This document shows positions 41,596 through 51,369 of a stretch of DNA of 64,000 nt, one piece after another. A program made the position numbers and the translations under genes. Numbering within the stretch: the first letter of the stretch is position 1; every line of letters starts with the position of its first letter. This stretch comes from Candidatus Nanopelagicales bacterium (lineage in GTDB: Bacteria; Actinomycetota; Actinomycetes; S36-B12; JBBQYX01). The stretch lies in NCBI GenBank assembly GCA_038208295.1, contig JBBQYX010000001.1, positions 85,001 through 149,000 on the forward strand. The letters run 5' to 3'. The notes beneath the pieces were generated by a model. The model made no database searches and was not told where the DNA came from. It worked only from the letters and a program-made list of their open reading frames with translations.

Positions 41596-42557
41596 GGTGC
41601 GTCCTTGCGGAAGGCATTGGTCAGGTAGTAGATGATCGGGCCGAGGGATATCAACAGCAGGATCACGCCGATCGCCGAGCCGTAGCCGACCCGGCTGGCC
41701 TCTCCCAGAATATTGTCGTACACGAGCACGGACAGCAGTTCCAGGCCGTTGCGGCCACGGTTGATGATGAACACCAGGTCGAAGGCACGCAACGCCTCGA
41801 TGATCGTGATGACCAGGATGACGATGTTGACCGGTTTCATCGAGGGGAAGATGACCCGTCGATAGGCAGTCCATTCATTGGCACCGTCGATCGCGGCCGC
41901 CTCGCGCAGCGTCGGGTCCACGCCCTTCAGCCCGGCCAGGTAGATCATCATGATGTAGCCGACGTGCCGCCAGGAGGCGGCCACCATCGCCGCCCAGATA
42001 TTGAGATTGGAGTCGCCCAACCAGTCGATCAACGGGCCGTCGCCGTTCTGCCCGGTACGCCCGAGGATGTTGTTGATGAGGCCTTCCTCGGGCGCGTAAA
42101 TCAATTGCCAGATCAGACCGATGACCGCCAGCGACAGCACCACCGGCAGGAAGAACGCCGATTGATAGAAGGCGCTGCCGTGCAACCCCTTGTCCAGCAG
42201 GTAGGCCAGCAGCATGCCCAGCGGCGTGGCGATGAGGATGAGCACGACCAGCCACAGGAGGTTGTTGCGTACCGCGACCCAGAACGGCGGGTAGATCGTG
42301 AAGATCTGCTCGTAATTCCGAAATCCCACCCACTTGATCTTGCCCAGGCCACCGATCCCATTCCACGACGTGAACGACAGCAGGATCGACGAGACGGTCG
42401 GTATCCAGACCAGGAAGACGTGGAAGAGCGTCGGGATCCCGATCAACAGGGTCAGGACGATCCGGTCGGTACGGGTGAACGCGCGGCGACGACGGCGCCG
42501 CCGCCGGCGGACCGGCGGGTCCGTCGACGGCGGCACTACGGCCGTGGAGGTGGCCAT
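41592..42557 (-). CDS. Carbohydrate ABC transporter permease (MalF-like)
   Basis: VGFRNY, YLAGLKGV, REAAAIDGAN, LRAFD. Confidence 0.92.
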   Translation of the reverse strand: MATSTAVVPPSTDPPVRRRRRRRRRAFTRTDRIVLTLLIGIPTLFHVFLVWIPTVSSILLSFTSWNGIGGLGKIKWVGFRNYEQIFTIYPPFWVAVRNNLLWLVVLILIATPLGMLLAYLLDKGLHGSAFYQSAFFLPVVLSLAVIGLIWQLIYAPEEGLINNILGRTGQNGDGPLIDWLGDSNLNIWAAMVAASWRHVGYIMMIYLAGLKGVDPTLREAAAIDGANEWTAYRRVIFPSMKPVNIVILVITIIEALRAFDLVFIINRGRNGLELLSVLVYDNILGEASRVGYGSAIGVILLLISLGPIIYYLTNAFRKDAP

Positions 42558-42582
42558 GACCTGCCTTTGGGTCTTTGCTCGG

Positions 42583-43977
42583 TCAGGACGCGAAGATCGC
42601 TTGCTTCTGCTTCTCGATGCTCTCGAGCAGCGGGTCGATGTCCTTCGGGTTAGATAGGAACTTCTGGATGGACGGAATCATCACGGTCGAGGCGAAGTCC
42701 GGCCGGGTGTCGCGGTCGAGGAACTGGGTGATGTGTTTCGCCTGGCCGACCAATTCGGCGGCCTTCTTCTGCAACGCGTTGTACTTGCTGGTGTCCACGT
42801 CGTTGTTGACACCGACGTTGTTGGGGTCGGAGGCCAGGTAGGTGTTCTGCGCCTCGGCGGTCGCGAGGTATTCCAGCAGCGCCTTGCCGCCATCCACGTT
42901 CGACGTTGCCTTGCTCAGCATGAATCCGTCGATGGGTGCCTCGACCGTGTCGGTGCCGTACTGCGGGTCGATAGCCGGGAACGGGAAGAAGTCGAGGTCG
43001 TCACGGTCGGGGCCCTCGGGGAACTGCTGGCCGACGAACATGCCGAGCAGGTACATACCCGCCTTCTTCTGCAGTAGCGCACCGGCGGCGTCCTGCCAGG
43101 TACGGCCCAGGGCGCCGTCCTGGTGATAGGGAAGCAGGTCGGCCCAGTTGGTAAAGACGGCCTTCACCTTGGGGTCGGTCCAGGACTCGTTCCCGCCCAT
43201 CAGCGAGATGTGGAAGTCGTAGCCGTTCGTACGCACGTTGAGGTAGTCGAACGTGCCCATGGCCGGCCAGCCGTCCTTGTCGCCGAAGGCGATCGGGATC
43301 AGGCCCTTTTTCTGCATGGTCGTCATGGCGGCCTTGAGCTCGTCCATCGTGGTGATCTTGGATGCATCCAGGCCGAGGCTCTTGAACACGCTCTTGCGGT
43401 AGAAGAGCGCCCATGGGTAGTAGTAGAACGGCACGAAATACTGCTCGCCGTCATCGGCCGTGGACGCCTGCTTGAACGAGTCGCCGATCGACGTGCCGAT
43501 CTTCGCCCATACGTCGGTGATCGGCTGGGAGAGACCCTGGGCGGCGAAGAACCGCATCCGGTAACCCGCGAACCAGGTGAAAGCCTGGTCGGGTGCACCC
43601 TGCAGGTAGGAGTTGATCTGCTCCTGGAAGGTGTTGTGGTCGACGGTGTTGACCGCCACGTCGATCCCGGAGGACTTCTTGAAGCCGGCGAACACCTGCT
43701 CGAAAGCCTTACGCGGAACCGCGTCGGATGCGTTCGAACCGAATGTGACGCTGCCGCCAGCGGCGGGGCTGGACTCGCCGGCGGACGCAGAGGTCGCCGC
43801 GGCCGAGGTCGCGCCCGACCCGCCGGAGTCGGAACCACAGGCGGACAGGATGGGGAGCGAGGCGGCGAGGCCGGCTCCCAGGCCCATTGCGCGCAGCACC
43901 GAACGGCGGGAAACCGCCGAGATGCCAGGCGGGAGTCCGAGGTCGTCGATGGGAGTGGGTTGGGACGGGCTGGACAT
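42583..43977 (-). CDS. Sugar ABC substrate-binding lipoprotein (Tat-type signal)
   Basis: SRRSVL plus lipobox LSAC; VPFYYYPWALFYRK; FLDRD. SD ggagg. Confidence 0.9.
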   Translation of the reverse strand: MSSPSQPTPIDDLGLPPGISAVSRRSVLRAMGLGAGLAASLPILSACGSDSGGSGATSAAATSASAGESSPAAGGSVTFGSNASDAVPRKAFEQVFAGFKKSSGIDVAVNTVDHNTFQEQINSYLQGAPDQAFTWFAGYRMRFFAAQGLSQPITDVWAKIGTSIGDSFKQASTADDGEQYFVPFYYYPWALFYRKSVFKSLGLDASKITTMDELKAAMTTMQKKGLIPIAFGDKDGWPAMGTFDYLNVRTNGYDFHISLMGGNESWTDPKVKAVFTNWADLLPYHQDGALGRTWQDAAGALLQKKAGMYLLGMFVGQQFPEGPDRDDLDFFPFPAIDPQYGTDTVEAPIDGFMLSKATSNVDGGKALLEYLATAEAQNTYLASDPNNVGVNNDVDTSKYNALQKKAAELVGQAKHITQFLDRDTRPDFASTVMIPSIQKFLSNPKDIDPLLESIEKQKQAIFAS

Positions 43978-44237
43978 GTGACCTCCACGAGACGAACGGA
44001 AACGATCAGATCCGATCAGAAACGGACTGTAGGACCGAACATCCCGCGAGCGGAAGTGTTTCGTGACGATTTCTTTTGGCGGACGGCACACCGTCACCGA
44101 ATCGTGATACATCGCAGGGTCTCCCGATCAGCCAGCCGGTGCACCTGGTCGCTATCGGTCGGCCGGCGGAAGCCAGCTCCTGCCGACTTCCCCCCTCCCC
44201 TGGCGGCAGATCTCCTGTGGGTGTCTGTGCGTTTGTG

Positions 44238-44266
44238 TTGACTTCCAACGAAGATCGGTCCAACCT
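44238..44266 (+). promoter_or_regulatory. Sigma70-type promoter for a leaderless beta-galactosidase operon
   Basis: TTGACT-17 nt-CAACCT-6 nt-ATG. A short GTTG-N5-CAAC palindrome overlaps the -35. Confidence 0.5.
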
Positions 44267-44272
44267 CGGAGC

Positions 44273-46366
44273 ATGACGCTCGATGGCGTTGACCGCGCCT
44301 CCTGGAGCCGACGCATCCTTGCCGCCCCTACTGCTGCCCCTACTGCTGCCGATGTTGCCCGCGACGGTGCTGCCGAACGCCACGGCATCCTGTTCGGCGG
44401 CGACTACAACCCCGAGCAGTGGCCAGCGGCCGTCTGGGCCGAGGATGCCGAACTCATGCGCGCGGCCGGGGTGTCCCTGGCGACGGTGGGCGTGTTCAGC
44501 TGGGCACATCTGCAGCCCGAACACGACCGCTACGAATTCGACTGGCTGGACCGGGTGCTGGACCTGCTGCACAGCAGTGGCGTCCGGGTGGACCTGGCCA
44601 CGGCCACCGCCTCCCCACCACCCTGGTTGGCGCACCTGCACCCGGAATCGCTGCCGGTGGATCGCGACGGCATCCGGCGCTGGCCCGGGGCCCGGCAGGC
44701 GTACTGCCCCTCGTCGGTCGCCTGGCGGCAACACAGCCTGGCGCTGGTCGAGAACCTGGCCCGGAGGTACGCAGGACACCCGGCGCTGGCCCTGTGGCAC
44801 GTCGGCAACGAATACGGCTGCCACACCGCCCGGTGCTACTGCGACATGTGCGCAGCGGAGTTCCGTACCTGGCTGGCACACCGCTACGGCGGGGTTGCCG
44901 AGCTGAACGAGGCGTGGGGCACGGCGTTCTGGAGTCAGCGGTATGCCGACTGGGCCGAAGTCCTGCCGCCGCGCCGCACCCCGGACGGGACGTTCGCGAA
45001 CCCGACCCAGCAACTGGACTACCGACGGTTCGCCTCCGACACGCTGCTGGACGCCTACCGCGCCGAGCGGGACCTGCTGCGCGAGTTGTCCCCGGGTGTC
45101 CCGGTCACCACGAACTTCATGGTGATGACCCGGTTCAACCAGCTCGACTACTGGGCCTGGGCCGCGGAGGTGGACGTGGTGTCCACCGACCACTATCTCG
45201 ATGCCGCGGACCCGGACAACCACCTGGAATTGGCCCTGTGCGGTGATCTCACCCGAGGCCTTGCGGCCGGCGCGCCGTGGTTGCTGATGGAGAACTCCAC
45301 CAGCGCGGTGAACTGGCAGCCGCGGAACACCCCCAAGAAGCCCGGCCGGCTGCGCCGCGACGCGGTGCAGCACGTCGCCCACGGCGCCGACGGAATCTGC
45401 TTCTTCCAGTGGCGGGCGGCGAAGGCTGGGGCCGAGAAGTTCCACTCCGCGCTGGTGCCGCATGCGGGGACGGACTCCCGGACGTGGACCGAGGTCACCG
45501 AGCTGGGCGGGCTGTTGGAACGCCTCGGTGAGGTCGCGGGCAGCTCGGTCGACGCCAACGTGGCCATGGTCTGGGACTGGCAGGCGTGGTGGGGGGTCGA
45601 GCTGGACTCCCACCCCAGCGTCGACGTGCATTACCCCGACCGGGCCCGGGCGCTGTACGCGGCGTTGTGGCGGGCCGGGATTGGGGTCGATTTCGTCGCA
45701 CCCGGTGCGGACCTGAGCGGGTATCGGCTGGTCATCGTGCCCACCCTGTATCTGGACCGCGACGGGGCAGCCGCTGAGGTCACGAAGTTCGTGGACGCCG
45801 GCGGAACCGCACTGGTGACGTACTTCTCCGGAATCGTCGACGTGAACGACCACATCCTGCTGGGCGGCTACCCCGGTGCGTACCGGGAACTGCTCGGCGT
45901 GCGCGTAGACGAATTCTGGCCGCTGCAGCACGGGGTGAGCGTGGGACTGGACGACGGGGGGCGGGCCGATGTCTGGACCGAGTCGCTGCACCTGCGCGGG
46001 GCCGAGGCGGTGCTGCGTTACACCGACGGCGACCTGGCCGGCTGGCCGGCGGTGACCCGGCACCGGCGCGGCACCGGAACCGCGTGGTATCTGGCAACGC
46101 GCACCGACGACGCCACGCTGCAACGATTGATAACCCAAGTGATATCCGAAGCCGGGATCCGGCCGACGGCGGTCGCCCCGGCGGGGGTCGAGGTGGTGCG
46201 ACGGCGCTCAGCCCAGCGTTCGTACCTGTTCATCCTGAACCACACCGATGAGACCGCCACCATCACTGCCAGGGGTGTGGACCTGGTCGAGGGCGTCGAC
46301 TGGGACGGTGCAGGGTCCGTACCTGCTGGTGGAGTCGCCGTGATCCGTGAAGCGGGAGCGGACTAA
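44273..46366 (+). CDS. Beta-galactosidase, GH42
   Basis: GGDYNPEQW, GVFSW, WHVGNEYGC, CYCDMC Zn site, WLLMEN, FFQWR, EKFH. Confidence 0.95.
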   Translation: MTLDGVDRASWSRRILAAPTAAPTAADVARDGAAERHGILFGGDYNPEQWPAAVWAEDAELMRAAGVSLATVGVFSWAHLQPEHDRYEFDWLDRVLDLLHSSGVRVDLATATASPPPWLAHLHPESLPVDRDGIRRWPGARQAYCPSSVAWRQHSLALVENLARRYAGHPALALWHVGNEYGCHTARCYCDMCAAEFRTWLAHRYGGVAELNEAWGTAFWSQRYADWAEVLPPRRTPDGTFANPTQQLDYRRFASDTLLDAYRAERDLLRELSPGVPVTTNFMVMTRFNQLDYWAWAAEVDVVSTDHYLDAADPDNHLELALCGDLTRGLAAGAPWLLMENSTSAVNWQPRNTPKKPGRLRRDAVQHVAHGADGICFFQWRAAKAGAEKFHSALVPHAGTDSRTWTEVTELGGLLERLGEVAGSSVDANVAMVWDWQAWWGVELDSHPSVDVHYPDRARALYAALWRAGIGVDFVAPGADLSGYRLVIVPTLYLDRDGAAAEVTKFVDAGGTALVTYFSGIVDVNDHILLGGYPGAYRELLGVRVDEFWPLQHGVSVGLDDGGRADVWTESLHLRGAEAVLRYTDGDLAGWPAVTRHRRGTGTAWYLATRTDDATLQRLITQVISEAGIRPTAVAPAGVEVVRRRSAQRSYLFILNHTDETATITARGVDLVEGVDWDGAGSVPAGGVAVIREAGAD

Positions 46367-46368
46367 CC

Positions 46369-47172
46369 GTGCTCGCCCGGCAACGCCAGGACCTGATCCT
46401 GGAGGAGGTCCGTACCCGCGGGGCGGTCAAGGTCAGCGAACTCGTCGAACTTCTGGACGTGTCCGACATGACCGTGCGGCGGGACCTGGACGTGCTGTCC
46501 GACAAGGGTTTGCTGGACAAGGTCCACGGCGGGGCCGCGGCCCGGCAGGACCGCAGCGTGGACGAACCCGGTTTCGAGGTGAAGTCCATGCGCGCGTTGA
46601 GCGAGAAGGAGAGCATCGCGCGTTCGGCGGTCACGCTGGTTCATCCGGGCATGGCGGTCGGGGTCTCGGCCGGCACCACCACCTGGACGCTGGCGCACCT
46701 GCTGCGCGACGTCCCGGCGCTGACCATCGTGACGAACTCCATGCGGATCGCCGACGTCTTCTTGGGTTGGCAGTCCCAGGGCCAGGCCCCGGGCCGGGCC
46801 CCTGGGCAGACAGTGGTGCTCACCGGGGGGATCCGTACGCCCTCCGACGCACTGGTCGGCCCGGTCGCCGTCCACGCGTTGCGGTCGCTGCACCTGGACG
46901 CGGTCTTCCTCGGCGTGCACGGCATGGATGAGGCCGGCGGTTTCACCACGCCGAACCTGATGGAGAGCGAGACGAACCGGGCGCTGGTGGACGCCGCCCG
47001 GCAATTGATCGTGGTGGCCGACCACACCAAGTGGGGAGTCGTGGGTCTGAGCACCATCGTCGGGTTGGAGGCCGCGCAGGTCTTGGTCAGCGACTCCGGG
47101 CTGCCCCAGGCTGCGCGAGATGTCCTCAGCTCCCGGGTGGGCCGGCTCATCCTGGCTGAGAACGCCGCATGA
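46369..47172 (+). CDS. DeoR/GlpR-family transcriptional regulator
   Basis: VSDMTVRRDL HTH, KVHGGA, GTTT, VTNS, ADHTKWG. Confidence 0.93.
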   Translation: MLARQRQDLILEEVRTRGAVKVSELVELLDVSDMTVRRDLDVLSDKGLLDKVHGGAAARQDRSVDEPGFEVKSMRALSEKESIARSAVTLVHPGMAVGVSAGTTTWTLAHLLRDVPALTIVTNSMRIADVFLGWQSQGQAPGRAPGQTVVLTGGIRTPSDALVGPVAVHALRSLHLDAVFLGVHGMDEAGGFTTPNLMESETNRALVDAARQLIVVADHTKWGVVGLSTIVGLEAAQVLVSDSGLPQAARDVLSSRVGRLILAENAA

Positions 47173-48407
47173 GGCACCAGTCCGCACCGCACCCGCCGAA
47201 TCCGAGCACCGCGGAACCGAGGAACTCGACCCTGATGACCGATCTGCACAGCGTCCAGTCGACCGATGTCCTGACCTTGCGGCGCACCGTGCTGGACCTG
47301 GCCGACGGTCGCGAGCTGATCTATTTCGACGAACCCGATGCCCCATCGCGCACCGCATTGGACACCCGGCCGCTGCCCGCGACCCCCGCCGGGTCGACCA
47401 TGCGTTACGACGCGCTTCTCGACGAGTGGGTCGCGATCGCAGCGCAGCGGCAGGACCGCATCTTCCTGCCCCCTGCCGACCTGTGTCCGCTGTGCCCCAG
47501 TACGCCAGGAAACCCCAGTGAGATCCCGTCGGACAGCTACGACGTGGTCGTGTTCGAGAACCGGTTCCCGTCCTTCGCTGGAATTCCCGAGCCGATTGAG
47601 AATAGAGCGGGTACGGCCGACACGGAGGACGGTCCGCTGGGCGTCACCCCGCAACCGTTGGACGAACCCGAGCGTCCTGCGGTGGGCCGCTGTGAGGTGG
47701 TGTGTTTCACCAGCGAACACACCTCCTCATTCGCGGAGTTGTCCGTGCGGCGGGCCGAGTTGGTGATCGCCGCCTGGGCGGACCGGACGGTGCGGCTGAG
47801 CCGGCTGCCCGGGGTGGAACAGGTGTTTCCGTTCGAGAATCGCGGCCAGGCGATCGGGGTCACGCTGCACCACCCGCATGGCCAGATCTACGCCTACCCG
47901 TTCCTGCCACCGCGGACCCGCACGATGCTGGACGCCGCCACGGCACATCGGTCCGACACCGGCGCTCGACTGGGCGAGTCATTGCTTCAGCGCGAACTCG
48001 AAACCGGCGACCGGATCGTGTTCCAGCACGGCGACTGGGTCGCCTTCGTCCCGTTCGCAGCCCGCTGGCCGATCGAGGTCCACCTGCGCTCGACCCGGCC
48101 GGTGCCCGACTTCGCCGCGTTGGACGAAAAGGCCCGTGCCGACCTCGCGGTCGCCTACCTGGATTTGCTCGGCCGGCTCGACCGCGTCTACGACCGGCCG
48201 CTGCCGTATGTGGCCGCCTGGCACCAGGCCCCCGTGCGGATCGGTCGCGACCTGCTCGACCTGCACCTGGAGATCTTTTCCGTGCAACGGGCCGCGGACC
48301 GGCTGAAATACCTCGCCGGTTCGGAGTCGGCGATGGGCGTCTTCGTCAACGACCGAAACCCCGAGGACGTGGCCGCGCAGTTGCGGCGGTTGGGAGACCA
48401 CCGATGA
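47169..48407 (+). CDS. galT: Galactose-1-phosphate uridylyltransferase
   Basis: CPLCP, FENRFPS, FENRG, HPHGQ, KYLAGSE. Confidence 0.94.
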   Translation: MRHQSAPHPPNPSTAEPRNSTLMTDLHSVQSTDVLTLRRTVLDLADGRELIYFDEPDAPSRTALDTRPLPATPAGSTMRYDALLDEWVAIAAQRQDRIFLPPADLCPLCPSTPGNPSEIPSDSYDVVVFENRFPSFAGIPEPIENRAGTADTEDGPLGVTPQPLDEPERPAVGRCEVVCFTSEHTSSFAELSVRRAELVIAAWADRTVRLSRLPGVEQVFPFENRGQAIGVTLHHPHGQIYAYPFLPPRTRTMLDAATAHRSDTGARLGESLLQRELETGDRIVFQHGDWVAFVPFAARWPIEVHLRSTRPVPDFAALDEKARADLAVAYLDLLGRLDRVYDRPLPYVAAWHQAPVRIGRDLLDLHLEIFSVQRAADRLKYLAGSESAMGVFVNDRNPEDVAAQLRRLGDHR

Positions 48408-49567
48408 GTCACACCCGCCGCACGTTCGCGCGCATCTACGGCACGGCGCCGGAGCTGGCCTGGTGGGCCCCGGGTCGGGTCAACCTGATCGGTGAGCACA
48501 CCGACCACAACGACGGGTTCGTGCTGCCGTTCGCGCTGCCGCTGGGTGTCACCGCTGCCGTACGAGCCCGATCGGACGGCGTGCTGCGCATCGCGTCGGC
48601 GCAGTTGGACGGCCCAGGTGGCTCGGTCTCGGTGCCGGTGGACGAGCTGCGGCCCGGTCGGGTGACGGGGTGGGCGGCGTACGTCGCCGGAGCCGTGTGG
48701 GCGCTGGCCGAGGCGCTGCGCGAGCCAGGCGTACGGGTGCCCGGCGCGGACCTGCTGGTCAGCGCGACCGTGCCCAGTGGTGCGGGGCTATCTTCGTCCG
48801 CTGCCCTGGAGTGTTCGACCGTGGGAGCCATCAGCGCGCTGGCCGGGGTCGAGCTGCCCCCGGTCGAGGTTGCACGGATCGCGCAGCGGGCCGAGAACGA
48901 CTTCGTCGGCGTGCCCTGCGGGATCATGGACCAGATGGCCTCGATGCTCGGGCAGGACGGGCACGCACTCTTCCTGGACACCCGCAGCCTGCACACCGAA
49001 CAGGTGCCGCTGGATCTGCGTACGGCCGGAATGCGGATCCTGGTCATCGACACGCAGGCCCACCACACCCTCGCCGACGGTGAGTACGCGGTGCGCCGCC
49101 GGCAGTGCCAGCAGGCGGCGGACCTGCTCGGGGTCCCTGCGCTGCGCGACGTCACAGACCCGGACCGGCTCGACGCGCTGACCGACCCGGTGCTGCGCCG
49201 TCGGGCGCGCCACATCGTGACCGAGAACGCCCGGGTCCTGGAGACGGTGGAGCACCTGCGGCAGCAGCAGATCGCGCAGATCGGACCGTTGTTGACGGCC
49301 GGTCACGCCTCGCTGCGGGACGACTTCGAGGTGTCCTGCGACGAACTGGACCTCGCGGTCCAGGTGAGTCTGGATGCGGGCGCCTTCGGGGCGCGGATGA
49401 TCGGCGCCGGCTTCGGGGGGTCCGCCATTGCCCTGGTGGCGGCGGACACCCTGGACAGCGTGGACGCCGCAGTTCGGGCAGAGTTCGAGCGGCGCAGTTA
49501 CGCGGCGCCGCGGCTGATCCCGGCTTGGCCGTCCGCCGGCGCCGGACCCGAGGAGGACGACTCATGA
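48404..49567 (+). CDS. galK: Galactokinase
   Basis: PGRVNLIGEHTD, PSGAGLSSSAALE, CGIMDQ, GARMIGAGFGGS. Confidence 0.95.
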   Translation: MSHTRRTFARIYGTAPELAWWAPGRVNLIGEHTDHNDGFVLPFALPLGVTAAVRARSDGVLRIASAQLDGPGGSVSVPVDELRPGRVTGWAAYVAGAVWALAEALREPGVRVPGADLLVSATVPSGAGLSSSAALECSTVGAISALAGVELPPVEVARIAQRAENDFVGVPCGIMDQMASMLGQDGHALFLDTRSLHTEQVPLDLRTAGMRILVIDTQAHHTLADGEYAVRRRQCQQAADLLGVPALRDVTDPDRLDALTDPVLRRRARHIVTENARVLETVEHLRQQQIAQIGPLLTAGHASLRDDFEVSCDELDLAVQVSLDAGAFGARMIGAGFGGSAIALVAADTLDSVDAAVRAEFERRSYAAPRLIPAWPSAGAGPEEDDS

Positions 49568-49579
49568 CGGTGACCGCTG

Positions 49580-51361
49580 ATGTTCGCTGACACCCCGCAC
49601 GGGCCCACCGACACCGTTGAGATGCCCGCCGACGCTGCGTACTCGAGCCGCCCGGCTCCCGCGCGGCTGGACCCGGCCTACCGCAGTGCCGCGCTGAGAT
49701 CACTGGCCGACGGGGTCGTGGACGTGCTGGTCGTGGGCGGCGGGGTGACCGGTGCGGGCATCGCCCTGGACGCCGCCACCCGAGGGTTGTCCGTCGGCCT
49801 GGTCGAGCAGCGCGACTTCGCCGCGGGCACCTCCAGCCGGTCCAGCAAGCTGATCCACGGCGGGCTGCGCTATTTGGAGCAGTTCGACTTCCGGCTGGTT
49901 CGCGAGGCGCTGCACGAGCGCTCGCTGCTGATGACCACCCTGGCCCCGCACCTGGTCAGCCCGCTGCCGTTCCTGTTCCCACTCCTGCACCGGGTATGGG
50001 AGCGGGCCTACATCGGCTCCGGTGTCACCCTGTACGACGTCCTCGCCGGCATCAATCCCTCCGTACCGCGGCACAGCCATCTGTCCAAAACCGCGGCCCT
50101 GAAGCTGGCACCGTCACTGAAGGACGACGCGATTATCGGCGCGCTGCGCTACCACGACGCCCAGGTCGACGACGCCCGGCACACCCTGGAGGTCGTCCGC
50201 ACCGCCGCGACGCATGGTGCCCGGGTGGTCGCCGGCGCGCGGGTCGTGGACTTCCTGCACGACGGTGACCGGGTCAGCGGCGTACGGGTCCGGGACATGG
50301 CCGCCGACGAGGAGATCGAGATCCGGGCGAGGGTCGTCGCGCTCGCCGGTGGGGTATGGACCACGGCACTGGAAACCATGGCCGGCGTGCCCGACCCGGT
50401 GACCGTACGAGCCAGCAAGGGCGTGCACATCCTGGTGCCCAAGGACCGGATCGACTCGCGTACCGCGATCGTGCTGCGGACCGAGTCCAGCGTGCTGTTC
50501 GTGCTCCCCTGGGGTGCCCACTGGATCATCGGAACGACCGACACGGCCTGGCAGTTCGCGCCCGACCATCCGGCCGCGAACCATGCCGATGTCGCCTACC
50601 TGCTGGAGCAGACCAACCGGGTGCTGCGGGACCCGCTGACCGAGGCGGATGTGACCGCGGTGTACGCCGGGCTGCGGCCGCTGGTCGACAAGGAGGGCCT
50701 GTCCGAGAGCCAGCTGTCCCGGGAGCACGTGGTCCGGCGGCCACTACCGGGGCTGGTCTCGGTCGCCGGCGGGAAATACACGACCTACCGGGTGATGGCC
50801 GCCGACACCGTCGACGCGGCGGCCCCCGACCTGGTGGCTCACCCCGACGGCGACTTCCCGCCCAGCGTGACCGCGACGGTGCCGCTGGTGGGGGCGCTGA
50901 CCCGGGAGGAGGCCCGCGAACGGGCCGCCGCGCATCCGGCCGCCGCCCTGCTGGAACCGCAGGCCCTGGACCGGATCGCACACCGGTACGGAGCCCTGGC
51001 GGTCGAGCTACTGGATGAAATCAGCGCCGAGCCCGCGTTGGCGCAGCCGCTGCCCGGCGGCGCCGGATACCTGGCCGCCGAGGTCCTGCACGCCTGCCGG
51101 TACGAAGGCGCCCTGCTCGTCGACGACGTGCTCACCCGCCGCACCCGGATGTCCATCGAGGCGACCGACCGCGGCCTGGCCGCGGCCCCGGAGGTCGCCC
51201 GCATCATGGGCGAAGCGCTGGGCTGGGACGACGCCCACCGTGAGGCCGAGGTCGACCGTTACCGGCGCCGGCTGGCCGCCGAGCGCGCCGCGCAAGCCGC
51301 CCCGGATGACGCCGCCGCCGACGCCGCCCGGACCGAGGTGGTCGACCCCCGGGTTCGTTGA
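49580..51361 (+). CDS. glpD: FAD-dependent glycerol-3-phosphate dehydrogenase/oxidase
   Basis: GGGVTGAG, GTSSRSSKLIHGGLRYL, DDAR, KGVHI, GTTD, AGLRPL, GGKYTTYR. Start is uncertain (see findings). Confidence 0.88.
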   Translation: MFADTPHGPTDTVEMPADAAYSSRPAPARLDPAYRSAALRSLADGVVDVLVVGGGVTGAGIALDAATRGLSVGLVEQRDFAAGTSSRSSKLIHGGLRYLEQFDFRLVREALHERSLLMTTLAPHLVSPLPFLFPLLHRVWERAYIGSGVTLYDVLAGINPSVPRHSHLSKTAALKLAPSLKDDAIIGALRYHDAQVDDARHTLEVVRTAATHGARVVAGARVVDFLHDGDRVSGVRVRDMAADEEIEIRARVVALAGGVWTTALETMAGVPDPVTVRASKGVHILVPKDRIDSRTAIVLRTESSVLFVLPWGAHWIIGTTDTAWQFAPDHPAANHADVAYLLEQTNRVLRDPLTEADVTAVYAGLRPLVDKEGLSESQLSREHVVRRPLPGLVSVAGGKYTTYRVMAADTVDAAAPDLVAHPDGDFPPSVTATVPLVGALTREEARERAAAHPAAALLEPQALDRIAHRYGALAVELLDEISAEPALAQPLPGGAGYLAAEVLHACRYEGALLVDDVLTRRTRMSIEATDRGLAAAPEVARIMGEALGWDDAHREAEVDRYRRRLAAERAAQAAPDDAAADAARTEVVDPRVR

Positions 51362-51369
51362 GGACGGAT

